From the NCBI GenBank assembly GCA_951406725.2, contig OX597835.1, forward strand, positions 16,864,001 to 16,928,000: a stretch of 64,000 nucleotides of DNA, given 5' to 3'. The notes beneath the pieces were generated by a model, which did not search any database, was not told the origin of the DNA, and was given only the letters and a program-made list of their open reading frames with translations. The stretch comes from Octopus vulgaris (taxonomy: Eukaryota). The position numbers were made by a program, and so were the translations under genes. Positions 1 through 12,418 of the stretch are shown here, piece after piece; the stretch's first letter is position 1, and every line of letters starts with the position of its first letter.

Positions 1-160
1 CTGAGTTCAAATTCTGCCGAGGTCGACTTTGCCTTTCATCCTTTCGGGGTAGATAAATTAAGTACCAGTTACGCACTGGGGTCGATGTAATCGACTTAAT
101 CCCTCTGTCTGTCCTTGTTTGTTCCCTCTGTGTTTAGCCCCTTGTAGGTAGTAAAGAAAT
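1..160 (+). mobile_element. SINE family A, 5' part truncated by window edge
   Basis: Same sequence as the 3' two thirds of the copies at 3342, 13423, 19298 and 20684. Confidence 0.88.
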
Positions 161-547
161 ATATATCAATGGGATAATATACATTCCCTTTAAAGATATA
201 TTCTCTCTTCAAATAATAAACACTTCAAACTGAACATGCACCGCATAAACCACAACCATTGTCCCACTCTTGCTGCTGTGCTGAGTCAGATGAATAGAAG
301 AGGGAAAGCATGCAAAGAACTATCTCATTATCCCTGCAGACTATCGATTACAAATTAAGCATCGGCGACGACGACGACGACGACAACAACAACAACAACA
401 ACAACAATTTAAACCGCCAAAAGTAGTTTCTCCTCGTCACGTGAATGTTGTAAATAATAACCTGAACTGCGTGTTGGGTTTTTATAGAAACAATCCTATA
501 ATATAATTATATATCTCCTGTGTACCTATATATAGATCGGGCTTCGG

Positions 548-609
<62 letters not shown>

Positions 610-809
610 GTATATGTATATATTTATATATTTGTGTGTCTGTATGTGTATGTATATGTATATACGCTCTCTGTATCTTCCCCCGTCGTCTCTTCTGTCT
701 CTCATACTGATATACACGTCAGTATATATATATATATATATGCATATAAATACATACATACACATACACACATTACATCTTCGTCTTTTGCGTTTTTTTT
801 TGTAAATTC

Positions 810-882
<73 letters not shown>

Positions 883-1238
883 ATACATATATACATACAC
901 ATACATGCATAGGCACACACCTCTATAATATGTATGGCTGCCTGCATATTTCTGTATATAGAAATAGAAAGCACCAAACACGAACGCAAAAACAATATAG
1001 TTGGTATTTACATTGTATATCGTTGTCTGTCTGTCTCCCCCTCTGTCTGCCTGCCTGCCTGTCTGTCTGTCTGTCTATCTGTCTCTCTTTCTCTCTCTCG
1101 AACTAACTACCCATTTCTTCCTCTCTTACAACGACTCTCTCTTTCCCGATCAATTATCGAACAATAATTGTCTCTGTATACGTATTTGTGTTTCTATATA
1201 TCTGTCACTGTTACTTTATGTGTGTGTGTGTGTGTATA

Positions 1239-1327
<89 letters not shown>

Positions 1328-1369
1328 CTCTATATATACATATATATATATATTAGTATATAGATATTC

Positions 1370-1428
<59 letters not shown>

Positions 1429-1486
1429 TATATAAATATTGATAAATATATATATATATGATAAATAAAATATATGCATACATACA

Positions 1487-1519
<33 letters not shown>

Positions 1520-2299
1520 GTACGTACCTACATCTACATGTATATATACATGCATATATAAATATATATACGTGAGTACAGGACACCACAAATAAACGTA
1601 GAACTCAACGAGAAACGAAAACGTAAAAACAAACATGGAAACGGACCTTTTTTTAACAACGAAAAAAAAAAGAGTACAAGACAAACTACACAAGGAAAAT
1701 TCCCCTTCATCAGCTGTCCCTAGTTCCACTCCCTGCGTGTTTCGAAGGTGAGGACAGAACACGACTCGTCGAACTAGTCCTTCCTGCGAAAGAATTAAAT
1801 AAAATTCCTTTGCAGAGGGGTAAAAACAAGGAAAGAAAAAATGTGACAAAAACAGGACGTAAAAACAATACAAATAAAAGACAATTACAAAATAAAAATA
1901 CAAATACAAAAAAATACAGTACAAGAAGGAATAAAAACAGGACAGGAAAACAAACAATGAGGGCCTTTAAGCCTAGACGAGGAAAAATTCACGAGCGCAG
2001 GAGAAAACATGTTTACTTGTAGGAGGCCGCGAGCGAAAGGAAGTTCGTCGACCCGGCTGTGAGACAGATGAGGAGGAGTGAGAGAGAGAGATAGAGAGGA
2101 AGGAAACCAGAGAGGGTGAAAAAAAGAGAAGGAGAGAAACAAAAGAGAGGAAGACAGACAAGAAGGAAGGGAAGGTCAAGCAAAGGGTTACAGAGTTTCG
2201 CGTCATAATTATATATAAGAAAACTTACTGGGAGACAGAAAGGAAAGGAAACGAAACGACGCGAGAGCGCTCAGTCGTTTCCTTTCTGTTCTCCCAGTA

Positions 2300-2352
<53 letters not shown>

Positions 2353-2460
2353 GAGCCCCACATTACTGTATGGAGAACACCATATAGTTTTTCTGGTGCA
2401 TCTAAGTTAAGTACCACATTCAAGTAAATTCATTGGAAGTTACTTGAATCTTAATTGCTT

Positions 2461-2516
<56 letters not shown>

Positions 2517-2635
2517 CTGGGGAAGGCTGGTTATTTGACAGAAAACAACATAGTCTCTGTTACATCTTATAGTGTGCTTCTCCGGATGTATGTTTTCTAC
2601 AAACGATATATATATATATATATCTATATATATAT

Positions 2636-3044
2636 TACTCTTTTACTCTTTTACTTGTTTCAGTCATTTGACTGCGGCCATGCTGGAGCACCGCCGTTAG
2701 TCGATCAAATCGACCCCGGGACTTATTCTTTGTAAGCCCAGTACTTATTCTATCGGTCTGTTTTGCCCAACCGCTAAGTTACGGGGACGTAAACACACCA
2801 CCATCGGTTGTCAAGCAATGCTAGGGGGACAAACACAGACACACAAACATATACACACACACACATATATATACATATATACGACAGGCTTCTTTCAGTT
2901 TCCGTCTACCAAATCCACTCACAAGGCATTGGTCGGCCCGGGGCTATAGCAGAAGACACTTGCCCAAGATGCCACGCAGTGGGACTGAACCCGGAACCAT
3001 GTGGTTGGTAAGCAAGCTACTTACCACACAGCCACTCCTGCGCC
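2636..3044 (-). mobile_element. SINE family B (tRNA-like head ggcgcaggagtggctgtgtggtaag...ccgggttcagtccc; internal TA/TG tract; (aaagagt)n tail)
   Basis: A-box TGGCTGTGTGG and B-box-like GGTTCAGTCCC; multiple homologous copies in the window. Confidence 0.9.
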
Positions 3045-3341
3045 CTATATATATATATAATTATTTCATCCGGGCGTTCAGCTTATTCCGCTCATCCAAT
3101 GGACCAGGCTATCAAACTGACCATATGATGTCGTTTGCCTTATGGAACACAAGCCTGGAAATCTACAGCTTCCCGCAGAGATTTTGTAATCATAAATAAG
3201 AAGGGTGAAAGAGAGCAATTCCTTTCATTACATTAACTTCTAATTATTTCTAATTACTATGTATCTTTTATCTTTTACTTGTTTCAGTCAGTAGGTTGTG
3301 GTCATGCTGGGGTACCACGTAGTTTCTATATTTCTACGAAA

Positions 3342-3563
3342 GGCGGCGAGCTGGCAGAAACGTTAGCACGCCGGGCGAAATGCGTAGCTGTATTTCGTCC
3401 GCCGTTACGTTCTGAGTTCAAATTCCGCCGAGGTTCACTTTGCCTTTCATCCTTTCGGGGGTCGATAAATAAAGTACCAGTTACGCACTGGGGTCGATGT
3501 AATCGACTTAATCCGTTTGTTTGTCCCCTCTGTGTGTAGCCCCTTGTGGGTAGTAAAGAAATA
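3342..3563 (+). mobile_element. SINE family A (tRNA-like head ggcggcgagctggcaga...gagttcaaattcc), full copy with TSD
   Basis: B-box-like GAGTTCAAATTC; flanking direct repeat tatatttctacgaaag at 3327-3342 and 3564-3579. Confidence 0.9.
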
Positions 3564-3781
3564 TATATTTCTACGAAAGAAATGAAGTCTGGAATACTGC
3601 AGGAGAGGTCTTGTCGTTTATATTGATGCCAGTCTCCAACTGGTTCTTTTTCTATCGACTCGAAACGGATGAAAGGCAAAGTTGATTTCGGCGGTATTTG
3701 AACTCAGAACATAAAAAGTCAGAAGAAATGGCGCCAAGCATAATGCTTGACGCGTTAATGACTCTGCCAGCTCACCACCTT

Positions 3782-3838
<57 letters not shown>

Positions 3839-3845
3839 GTATCTA

Positions 3846-3931
<86 letters not shown>

Positions 3932-3939
3932 CCTGTCTG

Positions 3940-4018
<79 letters not shown>

Positions 4019-4026
4019 ATCTTGTC

Positions 4027-4148
<122 letters not shown>

Positions 4149-4875
4149 GATCTGTCTGTCTATCTATCTGTCTGTCTGTATGCGTATTGGTGTACATGTA
4201 TGTGAGTGTGTCAGTGCGTATGTATGTGTGTGTGTCTGTGTACACATAGGTGTATATATTATATACGTATTCACACATACACATAGTTGTATGTATGTGT
4301 GTATTTTGTTTACGTGTGCAAAACATAAAATTGATCTTGACGAATTCCACCTTACCTACCCCGACCCTTTAAACTACCTCCAGTATTAATCAAGCTGTCA
4401 GAGTAGACAACACGGTTTCAAAAAACAAACAAAGAAAACCATTCCAAAAAAAACAAAAAAACCCAAAAGAAGAAGAATGGTCACGTGACCTTTAATGCAT
4501 TTCTGTTGTTTTAAATCTGCAAGATAAAAGCTGTGAACTGAGATTCCAATAAAAAGAAGAGAAATAGACGAAACAAACAACAACAGCAACAATAGAAACA
4601 AAATCAAACCAGAAAAAAACCCCCAATAAAAAACGCATGAAAAACTGCCTCCAGAAGAAGAAGAAGAAGAAAAGGTATAACGAAGTTGAGGCAGAGAGAT
4701 ATATGGAGTGACTGACAGGAGATAGATAGACAGAGAGATAGAGAGGGAGGAAGGGGAAGGGAGAGAGAGGGAGGGAAATAGTATGAATGGAAATACACAC
4801 ATACATACACATAATATATATATATATATATACATACATACATACATACATACATACATACATACACACATACAT

Positions 4876-4925
<50 letters not shown>

Positions 4926-5434
4926 GGACATACATATACAGATATACGCACAAACAGTCACAAACACACACACACACACATATATATATATGTATACAGC
5001 TTTTTTCCAGGAACTATGTCCTTTTAGAGGAAGAGAGATAAACAGAGAGGGAGAGGGAGAGAGAGGGACAGAGAGAGAGAGAAAGAAAGAGGGAAAGAGA
5101 AAGAGAGAGTGAAATGGAGAGAAAGAAAGGTAGAGACAGTGAGCGCTAGCACTTTCTACTTGCTTAGCCCAATATATCATCAGAAGTTTTCGCCCTTTGG
5201 AGAGAGCTCTTTGCATGCTCGATCTAATATATTCTATTAGTAGAAATTATGTCCTGGTAAGAGAGGGGAAAAAAAAACAAAGAGAAAACAAAGATATTTA
5301 CTTAAGTGAATGTATCACCAGAAGTTATTTCCCCTTTTAGAGCTCTCTCCCTCTCTTTTGTTTCTCTTTTCTCCCTCTCTGTCATTATCTCGGCTAACTT
5401 GTCTCAATAAAAATGAACAGACGAATAAAATTAC

Positions 5435-5499
5435 CTTTTCATGGCTCCTTTCAGATAGTAACTTACACGTCCATTGTCTCCTACGTCCGCATCTGTGGC
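5435..5499 (-). CDS. Cadherin exon, 65 nt: ATDADVGDNGRVSYYLKGAMK(S/R)
   Basis: ctctgtctctctttgcag acceptor, AAG|gtaatt donor; AxDxDxGxNGxVxY motif; phase 0-2; not in the ORF track. The next exon was not found within 1-5434. Confidence 0.93.
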
Positions 5500-5548
5500 C
5501 TGCAAAGAGAGACAGAGATAGGAATAGAGACGGTCAATGAGATAGACA

Positions 5549-5729
5549 AATAAGTTTCTTTATTGGCCACACAGGGCTGCACACAGATGGGACAAGTTAC
5601 AAGGTAGAGCTTTTCTTTTTGGGGAGAAAAAGAAAGGTGGGGGTAGGTTTTCGATCAAAAGGGATCGTAAAAAGGAAAGAAAAAGGAAAGAGAAAGAGGA
5701 AAGAAAGGAAAAGAAAAATCGATCAATAG

Positions 5730-5771
<42 letters not shown>

Positions 5772-5935
5772 GTTTCTTTATTGGCCACACAGGGCTGCAC
5801 ACAAGTTACAAGGTAGAGCTTTTCTTTTGGGGGATGAAAAAAACAAAAAACAAAAGAAACAAAAAAGGGGGTGGGTGGCGTAGGTTTTCGATCAAGAGGG
5901 ATCGTAAAAGTGAAGAAAAGAACAAAAAAAAATAA
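5549..5935 (-). mobile_element. Two tandem 3'-end fragments of a retroelement ending AATAAAgaaact(TATC)n; third copy in opposite orientation at 60735-60899
   Basis: Block aagtttctttattggccacacagggctgcac...ggtagagcttttc...gtaggttttcgatcaa.agggatcgtaaaa at ~5549 and ~5768, reverse-complemented at ~60745-60890; always abuts GATA repeats. Confidence 0.7.
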
Positions 5936-6142
5936 GTAAAATAAAAAATAAAAAAAGAAAAAGAAAAAAAGAAAAGGAAAAGGAACAAAAGAAAAGAGAA
6001 ATGAAAAAAGAAGAAAAAAAGGGGAAGAGGAAAAAAAAGATAGATAGATATATAGATACATAGATAGGTACATAGATAGATACATAGATAGATAGATACA
6101 TAGATAGATAGATCAACCTTTTTATGCGGTTCAACAGCTATT

Positions 6143-6410
6143 ACTAAAAGGAGTTTTCAATCGGCTTAACGGTCCAGGCAAACAAAATGGAAAAGACGTT
6201 GCCTCGGAGGATGGCGAGAGTGACTCTCAGTGACTGCCACTTCGACTCACGGGGCTCGCACTCACAGATACCCATCTCTGTACCGATAGCAGTGTGCAGG
6301 GATGTAGTCCAGGGGCCAAAAATGCAGGAAGCTTCCACTGCCACAGGCTCGACTGCAAATCAGTCAGAGAGCGGCCGAGACTTTGACATTTTGTCCTTCT
6401 CGGAGCAGTG
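6143..6410 (-). mobile_element. Degenerate C-terminus of a CRE-like (restriction-like endonuclease) non-LTR retrotransposon
   Basis: Translation ...EPVAVEASCIFGPWTTSLHTAIG...EPRESKWQSLRVTLAILRGNVFSIL resembles the FxPVAxETxGxxG...GxPRExxxLxQRLSxAIQRGNA tail of CRE-type elements (recalled motif). Confidence 0.62.
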
Positions 6411-6480
6411 AAGCCTCAGTTGAGAAGAAAAGAATAATATACAGAGTAAATTGGTAGATAGAAATTGAAAGAAGCCCGTC

Positions 6481-6524
<44 letters not shown>

Positions 6525-6527
<3 letters not shown>

Positions 6528-6809
6528 GAGGCGCAATGGTCCAGTGTTTAGGGCAGCGGACTCGCGGTTTCGATTCCCAGACCGGGCGTTGTGAGTGTTT
6601 ATTGAGCGAAAACACCTAAAGCTCCACGAGGCTCCGGCAGGGGATGGTGGCGATCCCTGCTGTACTCTTTCGCCAAAACTTTCTCTCACTCTTTCTTCTG
6701 TTGGCCTGCTCGCTTAGCCAGCGGGGTGGCATCATTTGAAGGCTAAAACAATGCGAAGCGCATTGTGACCAGCGATGTGTAGGAACATCTGATAGCCTGG
6801 TTGGTCACG

Positions 6810-6813
<4 letters not shown>
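6525..6813 (+). mobile_element. SINE family C head (ggaggcgcaatggcccagtggttaggg...ggtttcgattccc) with tail type ii
   Basis: A/B-box tRNA-like head; tail ...gcttagccagcggggtggc...gtgaccagcgatgtgt...ggtcacggtga; the same structure is inverted at 31181-31440. Confidence 0.85.
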
Positions 6814-6844
<31 letters not shown>

Positions 6845-6845
<1 letters not shown>

Positions 6846-7313
6846 TGAGAGAGTTGGTGTGTGAAAGCACGTGGTTGGATGTATAAAATATAAAAAAGAG
6901 TGAAAAAACTACAGAAGGCTTCTGTATAAGGTTAAAGAATATATTTAAGTCGTTATGTTAGAAAAATGTTATAAAATTTTGTGTATAGTAACATAGTTTT
7001 TGGAGAAATAACTGGTTTCGTATTTTCTTTTCAAATTTCTCAAATTTCTTTACCTACATCGTGTCATGTCTTCGTTATGAAGTGAAGAGTTCTATGCAGG
7101 GGAAGGTAATCAGGGATTTCTTCCTGTATAAGGGAGATAATCGGTTTATATTTTTTTTCAATGAGATGAGTTTCCTTGTATAAAAATGTTAGAAATGGTT
7201 AAGTTTTGGTTTATATTTTTCAATGAAGAATGTTTGCTTGTTTAATCTAATTTGTGTTGGTGTTCCAATAGCACATTGATAGAATGGAAATATTAAAAAT
7301 TGTGGTCTACCGC
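6845..7313 (-). mobile_element. Penelope-like element 3' fragment (end of GIY-YIG domain plus 3' UTR)
   Basis: Minus 7310-7197 translates as RPQFLIFPFYQCAIGTPTQIRLNKQTFFIEKYKPKLN, the typical FI..YKP.LN Penelope terminus. Confidence 0.72.
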
Positions 7314-7317
7314 AAAA

Positions 7318-7590
7318 AAAAACGCGGTAGACCAAACTGCGTAACATGCCCAAATCTTCTAGAAGGATCAGAATTCCTCTTCAAAGAGGGACAACAATTC
7401 AAGATCAAGTCTAATTTTACTTGTGCTTCAGAAAACCTAATTTATGTCACCAAAACTACATAGGGTCCACAGGATTACCGCTCAGATGCAGATGCACTCT
7501 GCATCGACAACAGATTGCATTTAGTGAACATATTGAGAAATGCGCAAAGCAACCACTACCACAATTTTTAATCTTTCCATTGTATCTGAA
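7318..7590 (+). mobile_element. Penelope-like GIY-YIG endonuclease fragment (frameshifted)
   Basis: KRGRPNCVTCPNLLEGSEFLFKEGQQFKIKSNFTCASENLIYV // QNYIGSTGLPLRCRCTLHRQQIAFSEHIEKC: CxxC, NLIY, YIGxT and R...H motifs. Confidence 0.8.
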
Positions 7591-7642
7591 TACAGAAGGT
7601 TTGTGTTGATGACTAGTGTAGAGTAAGAGATCTTGGACATAC

Positions 7643-7807
7643 CGTTATTTGCGATATCACAGTTCCGATCCGAGCATTTTCCTTCACATGCAGATCATAG
7701 GTATCGCTCCTAAACACCGGTGCATTGTCATTCATATCTTGGATTTTCAGCAAGACTGTTGCTGAACTCGAACGCTTCTCCGGTGTGTCCACTTCCCGGG
7801 CCACGAC
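7643..7807 (-). CDS. Cadherin exon, 165 nt: VVAREVDTPEKRSSSATVLLKIQDMNDNAPVFRSDTYDLHVKENARIGTVISQIT
   Basis: ttctattattcag acceptor, ACG|gtatgt donor; canonical DxNDNAPxF linker; phase 0-0. Confidence 0.96.
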
Positions 7808-8296
7808 CTGAATAATAGAAAGTGAAGAAGAGAGAGCATGTTAAAGCGAAAGAGAAAAAGAAAGAGAGAGAGAGAGTGTGTATGTGAGAGACAGCGACAA
7901 CATTAATAGTAAAATATTCAGGTGTCAGGGGAAACGATATACATATATATACTTACGTTTATGGATCTACGCAGGATTGTTTCTACAACTTTGGAAAGTT
8001 GAGCTATGAACTTTTATGATTCTTTTTTCTTCTTTCTCTCCATCTCCTTATTCTTTTACTCCCATTCTCTATGTCGTCATCTCATTAATATATATCCTTC
8101 TCATTTTCCCTATTTCCCCCCATTTGTCTCATACTCGCTGATATCCCAGAAACAGCTGTTAAGATTTTGAATTTTTTCCAATAATAATATTGTATACGAC
8201 TTGAGATGTTTGCCTTGCCTTAATGTTTGTTGTCCTCTTTAACAATTACAGACACACACAAGTACATGTATAACTCTTAATCAATCAGTCAATTAG

Positions 8297-8327
<31 letters not shown>

Positions 8328-8646
8328 ATCAGTAAACAAGTCAAAGTGGGATTGAACCTGATATCATCTAGTTCTGAAAGATCCCTATCCACAAACCTCC
8401 TTTTGCACCAAAACTTAAACAGTTGTCTCAATAAAAATGAACAGATTCTAATATTACTGTAGTGAAGATAATATAAATGGAATAAGCAGAACAAGAAGAA
8501 GAGACACATGGGAGAAAGAATTGAAGATGAGGTCACATGACGTATGACGAAAGAGCTTTGACAAAGAAAGTAAAATAATAATAATAATAATAATAATAAT
8601 GATGATGCTGATGCTGATGCTGATGATGATGATGATGATGATGATG

Positions 8647-8684
<38 letters not shown>

Positions 8685-9810
8685 TAATAAATAATAATTA
8701 TAATGAAGACCGAATGTATAGTGCGTGTGTTTAACTGACAAAATATGACATCCTGAAGTATAAAGATAATAATGACACTTAAATTACTAAAATGATGTTG
8801 TTGAAAGTTAATAATATTTGGCAATTTTCTTTTCCTCCCCTAAAATATTATTTTGTAATAAAATGAAATATTTTCCTTTCGTCCTAACTTTTAAAAATGG
8901 CGTATTGCTTACGGATCAAATGGCGTCGTTTCCCGATAAATAGAAAAATATTTATTCTAAATGGAGCCGTTTATTTAATAACATATTTCTATATTCACTT
9001 CTAGATGTTTCTTCATTGAGATCGTTCTGGTGCACGACTAAAATTGTGTGATTTACAACTTCGCAATCTACCACAGCATTGGCTCCCTCGGTTAAAATTT
9101 AGTAAACGGAAACCTGTGTGGAAGCCCAACAAATGAACTGACTGTTTTTGAGTGGTAAGCTTAGCCTATCACTTTGTTTAACGCCACCGCCATATGACCG
9201 CTCTATGCCATTCGCTGAAACTATACAATTGCAAGCTTTAGGGGTCAATTTTACGGTTTCGGGAAGAATTGTTATGACGATGCCATTTTTCCAATTGCAG
9301 CAATCCACGTCTTGTGGTGCCTTCCTCCGACTCTCACCTCACGAGTCACGGAGGCGTTTGAAAAAATGCCGTGGGTATTGTGATTCCTTCTTTGACTGAA
9401 CTAAAAATCACCCCAGAAAGAATATCATTATTTGTAAAATTTCTATTAAACAAAGCTGGCTTAATAACGATAATGCAACTAGAAAATATAAAAAGAACAA
9501 CTGAAGCTGACGAGGCCTAATAAACTTGGAGTCAAGCTGTAATCACTAATAATAGATCATAGTAAAGATATTAGAGACATTAAGTGACGAATGGTGCTTT
9601 GGTTCTTCGAAGCCAGCAGTTGTAAAACTGAAGAAAACATTAAGAGAACGACGATTAAAATGAAGGATAAATAGTTCCCGTGATGCTTTGTTGACCTTAG
9701 TGTTATTAGCCGGATATAAAAATTATTTTATTCGAAGAAATAGAGCGATCTCTTGATTTATTCTATTATGAAAGCTAAACAACAACAACAGCAACAACAA
9801 CTACAGCATC

Positions 9811-9842
<32 letters not shown>

Positions 9843-10551
9843 CAGAAGAAGCAATAAGAATAACAACAAGAAAAGCAACAAATCCTACATCAACAAAATT
9901 CTTCACAATTTGAAGACAGAGAGAAAGATATAGACACATCCGAAGTAACAATTAAAAAGCACTAAAGAATCTTTCTATTTCGGTCAGGTGCCAACATGTC
10001 ACTTTAAATCCCGACCCTTTGGCAGAAGTATTTCAATAAATCTTGAATAGTGTTTGTTTTTGCAAAAAATAATCAATACCAAACAGTAGCTTTTTAAAAT
10101 TGAATAAAACACCAATTCTTAGATTAACTGTTTGGATTGACATAAAAATTGAAAAAAAAAAACCAAAAAAAAAAACACCAACAAAAACCAAAAACAACAA
10201 ACAACAAACAAAAGAGAAAAAAAACGAAATAAAACAAAAGAGAGCATTTAAAATACATAATTACAAAAGCAAACAAACAAACAAAAATAAACGAATAAAT
10301 AAAAATAAATATAAATAAAAATAATGAATATAATAAAATTCCTGATTTGAAATAATATCAGGTCATCGTTTATTATACGATAATGTTCTAACGTCCTGTG
10401 AGTCTTGCATATTTATAAATATGCATGCGGTTTTAATTCGGTGCTATTGAATTTTTATCTCTTTCAATAAACACCATTTTGTCTTGGCACACTCTCTCGC
10501 TTTCTAACGCACATACATACAACATAAAACAACTATACACATAATGTAGTA

Positions 10552-10611
<60 letters not shown>

Positions 10612-10740
10612 GCAAACAGTGATAATTACGATAGTAATAGTAACAACAACGATAATAATAGTAATAATAACAATAGTAATGCTGCAGTTTAAAGAAAAAA
10701 AAAACAACATTTAATTTGTTAAAAGCTAAACAATTAATAC

Positions 10741-10902
10741 CTGGAAATCGATTTCTTTTGTTTTCTCAAAATCCAACATTTCTGAGTTGTTTACACGAAG
10801 AATCACTGTGGCTTCACCGAAAACCTCTTGGGGTAAAGGAGTAATATCAAAGAATTCTCTTCCATCTTTCTCAACGCTTAGAATGAAATGGCTGTTGGCA
10901 CC
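10741..10902 (-). CDS. Cadherin exon, 162 nt: GANSHFILSVEKDGREFFDITPLPQEVFGEATVILRVNNSEMLDFEKTKEIDFQ
   Basis: gattcag acceptor after a T-rich tract, CAG|gtatta donor; LDFE motif; phase 0-0. Confidence 0.95.
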
Positions 10903-12170
10903 CTGAATCACACAAAGACAAAAAAAAAAACACGTTTTCACGTGAATAAATGAATAAATAATTAAATGCATAATTAGAGAAAATAAATCAAGACAGTCCA
11001 AATACAGTACTTATACTGTAATATAAGGAACTCTGCTGCGCCCTCTGTCGTTCCTCCATTCCCTCATTCTTCATCTCGTTTACTACTCACAGCATCTCTC
11101 ACTGACGGCTTTCTCTTTTCTTCCATATCACTTTAGTATCTAAATGCTTTATTTCATTTTATTCTTCATTTGTCATCATATGACCGAGGTGATAACACTT
11201 ATATGAATCCTTTTATACTGTCTTTCTGTCTCTTCCTGATGAAAGACAAACGCCCGAAACATCATATTCTTTCACTCGGTATATCTATAACGATTCTCTC
11301 ACGGTTTCTGTCCTTTTCTTTGAAATCTTGCTAAGAATTTTTCTGTAGAACTGTTTATGAAATATTTCGTGCAAAGAAATGTATTTATTGGCAGTTATAA
11401 TTAAAATAAAATACTTAATTAAATTAACGAGGCGATACAGGTAGAAACCTGCATTATCACTTCACCAGAATTTGTGGTGCTACAGAATATTTGGTTAGTA
11501 GAGTGTATGATACAGAGACTGTTTCGGCTTGGTCGCCTTCCTCAGATATTCTACCGAAAGTGACCAAGCCGAAACTAACACAGAAAGGGGAGATTACCGA
11601 GTGGTCAACTGTTCAATACAACAAGAAAAAAATCATTCAGGCCTTCATTCTGGGGAGGAACGTTCCTTGTCGAGATATATGGTTAAGTCTGGCCGACGTC
11701 AACCTTGGAAATATTTAACTGCTGGTGTTCCATACAAAAAGAAAATGACTAAATAAACCAGCTAGTCTACTGGGCCCGTCGTTAGAAGGTGATGGGGGTT
11801 CGCTCCCCTACTCGCAGTATATCGGATACAGGCTGTATCGTTAACCGGCTAGAGGAAATGTTCTTTGGGGTCAACAAAAATCGCATCAACGTCCGTTCGA
11901 ACGGAACAGCCATGTTAAAATGGCGACAAACGTTACTTGCCAGTACAGCTAATGCGTTCATCTCTTAAAGATTTTAGAACTAGTTTATTAACTAAACAAA
12001 GCATCTTGAGTACGAATATTTCTGATCCAGAAACGTGGTTATTTCTGAGTGACGTGGACCTTAAAAATATGTAACTGTATAACTGCAGGTTTTCAGAAAG
12101 AAAAGTAAAATTGCCCAGGCCTTCCTGCTTGGGTAGGAATATTCCTTCTCCAAATATATTGGTCGATGTG

Positions 12171-12418
<248 letters not shown>

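Noticed and set aside
5461-5466. Internal GTAAGT inside the 65-nt exon as the true donor
   Set aside because: Using it would remove the conserved VxY strand; the downstream AAG|gtaatt donor keeps the cadherin motif.
9505-9540. CTGACGAggcctaatAAACttggaGTC hammerhead-like string
   Set aside because: The G of GAAA and the 3' side of stem II are missing, and stem I does not pair.
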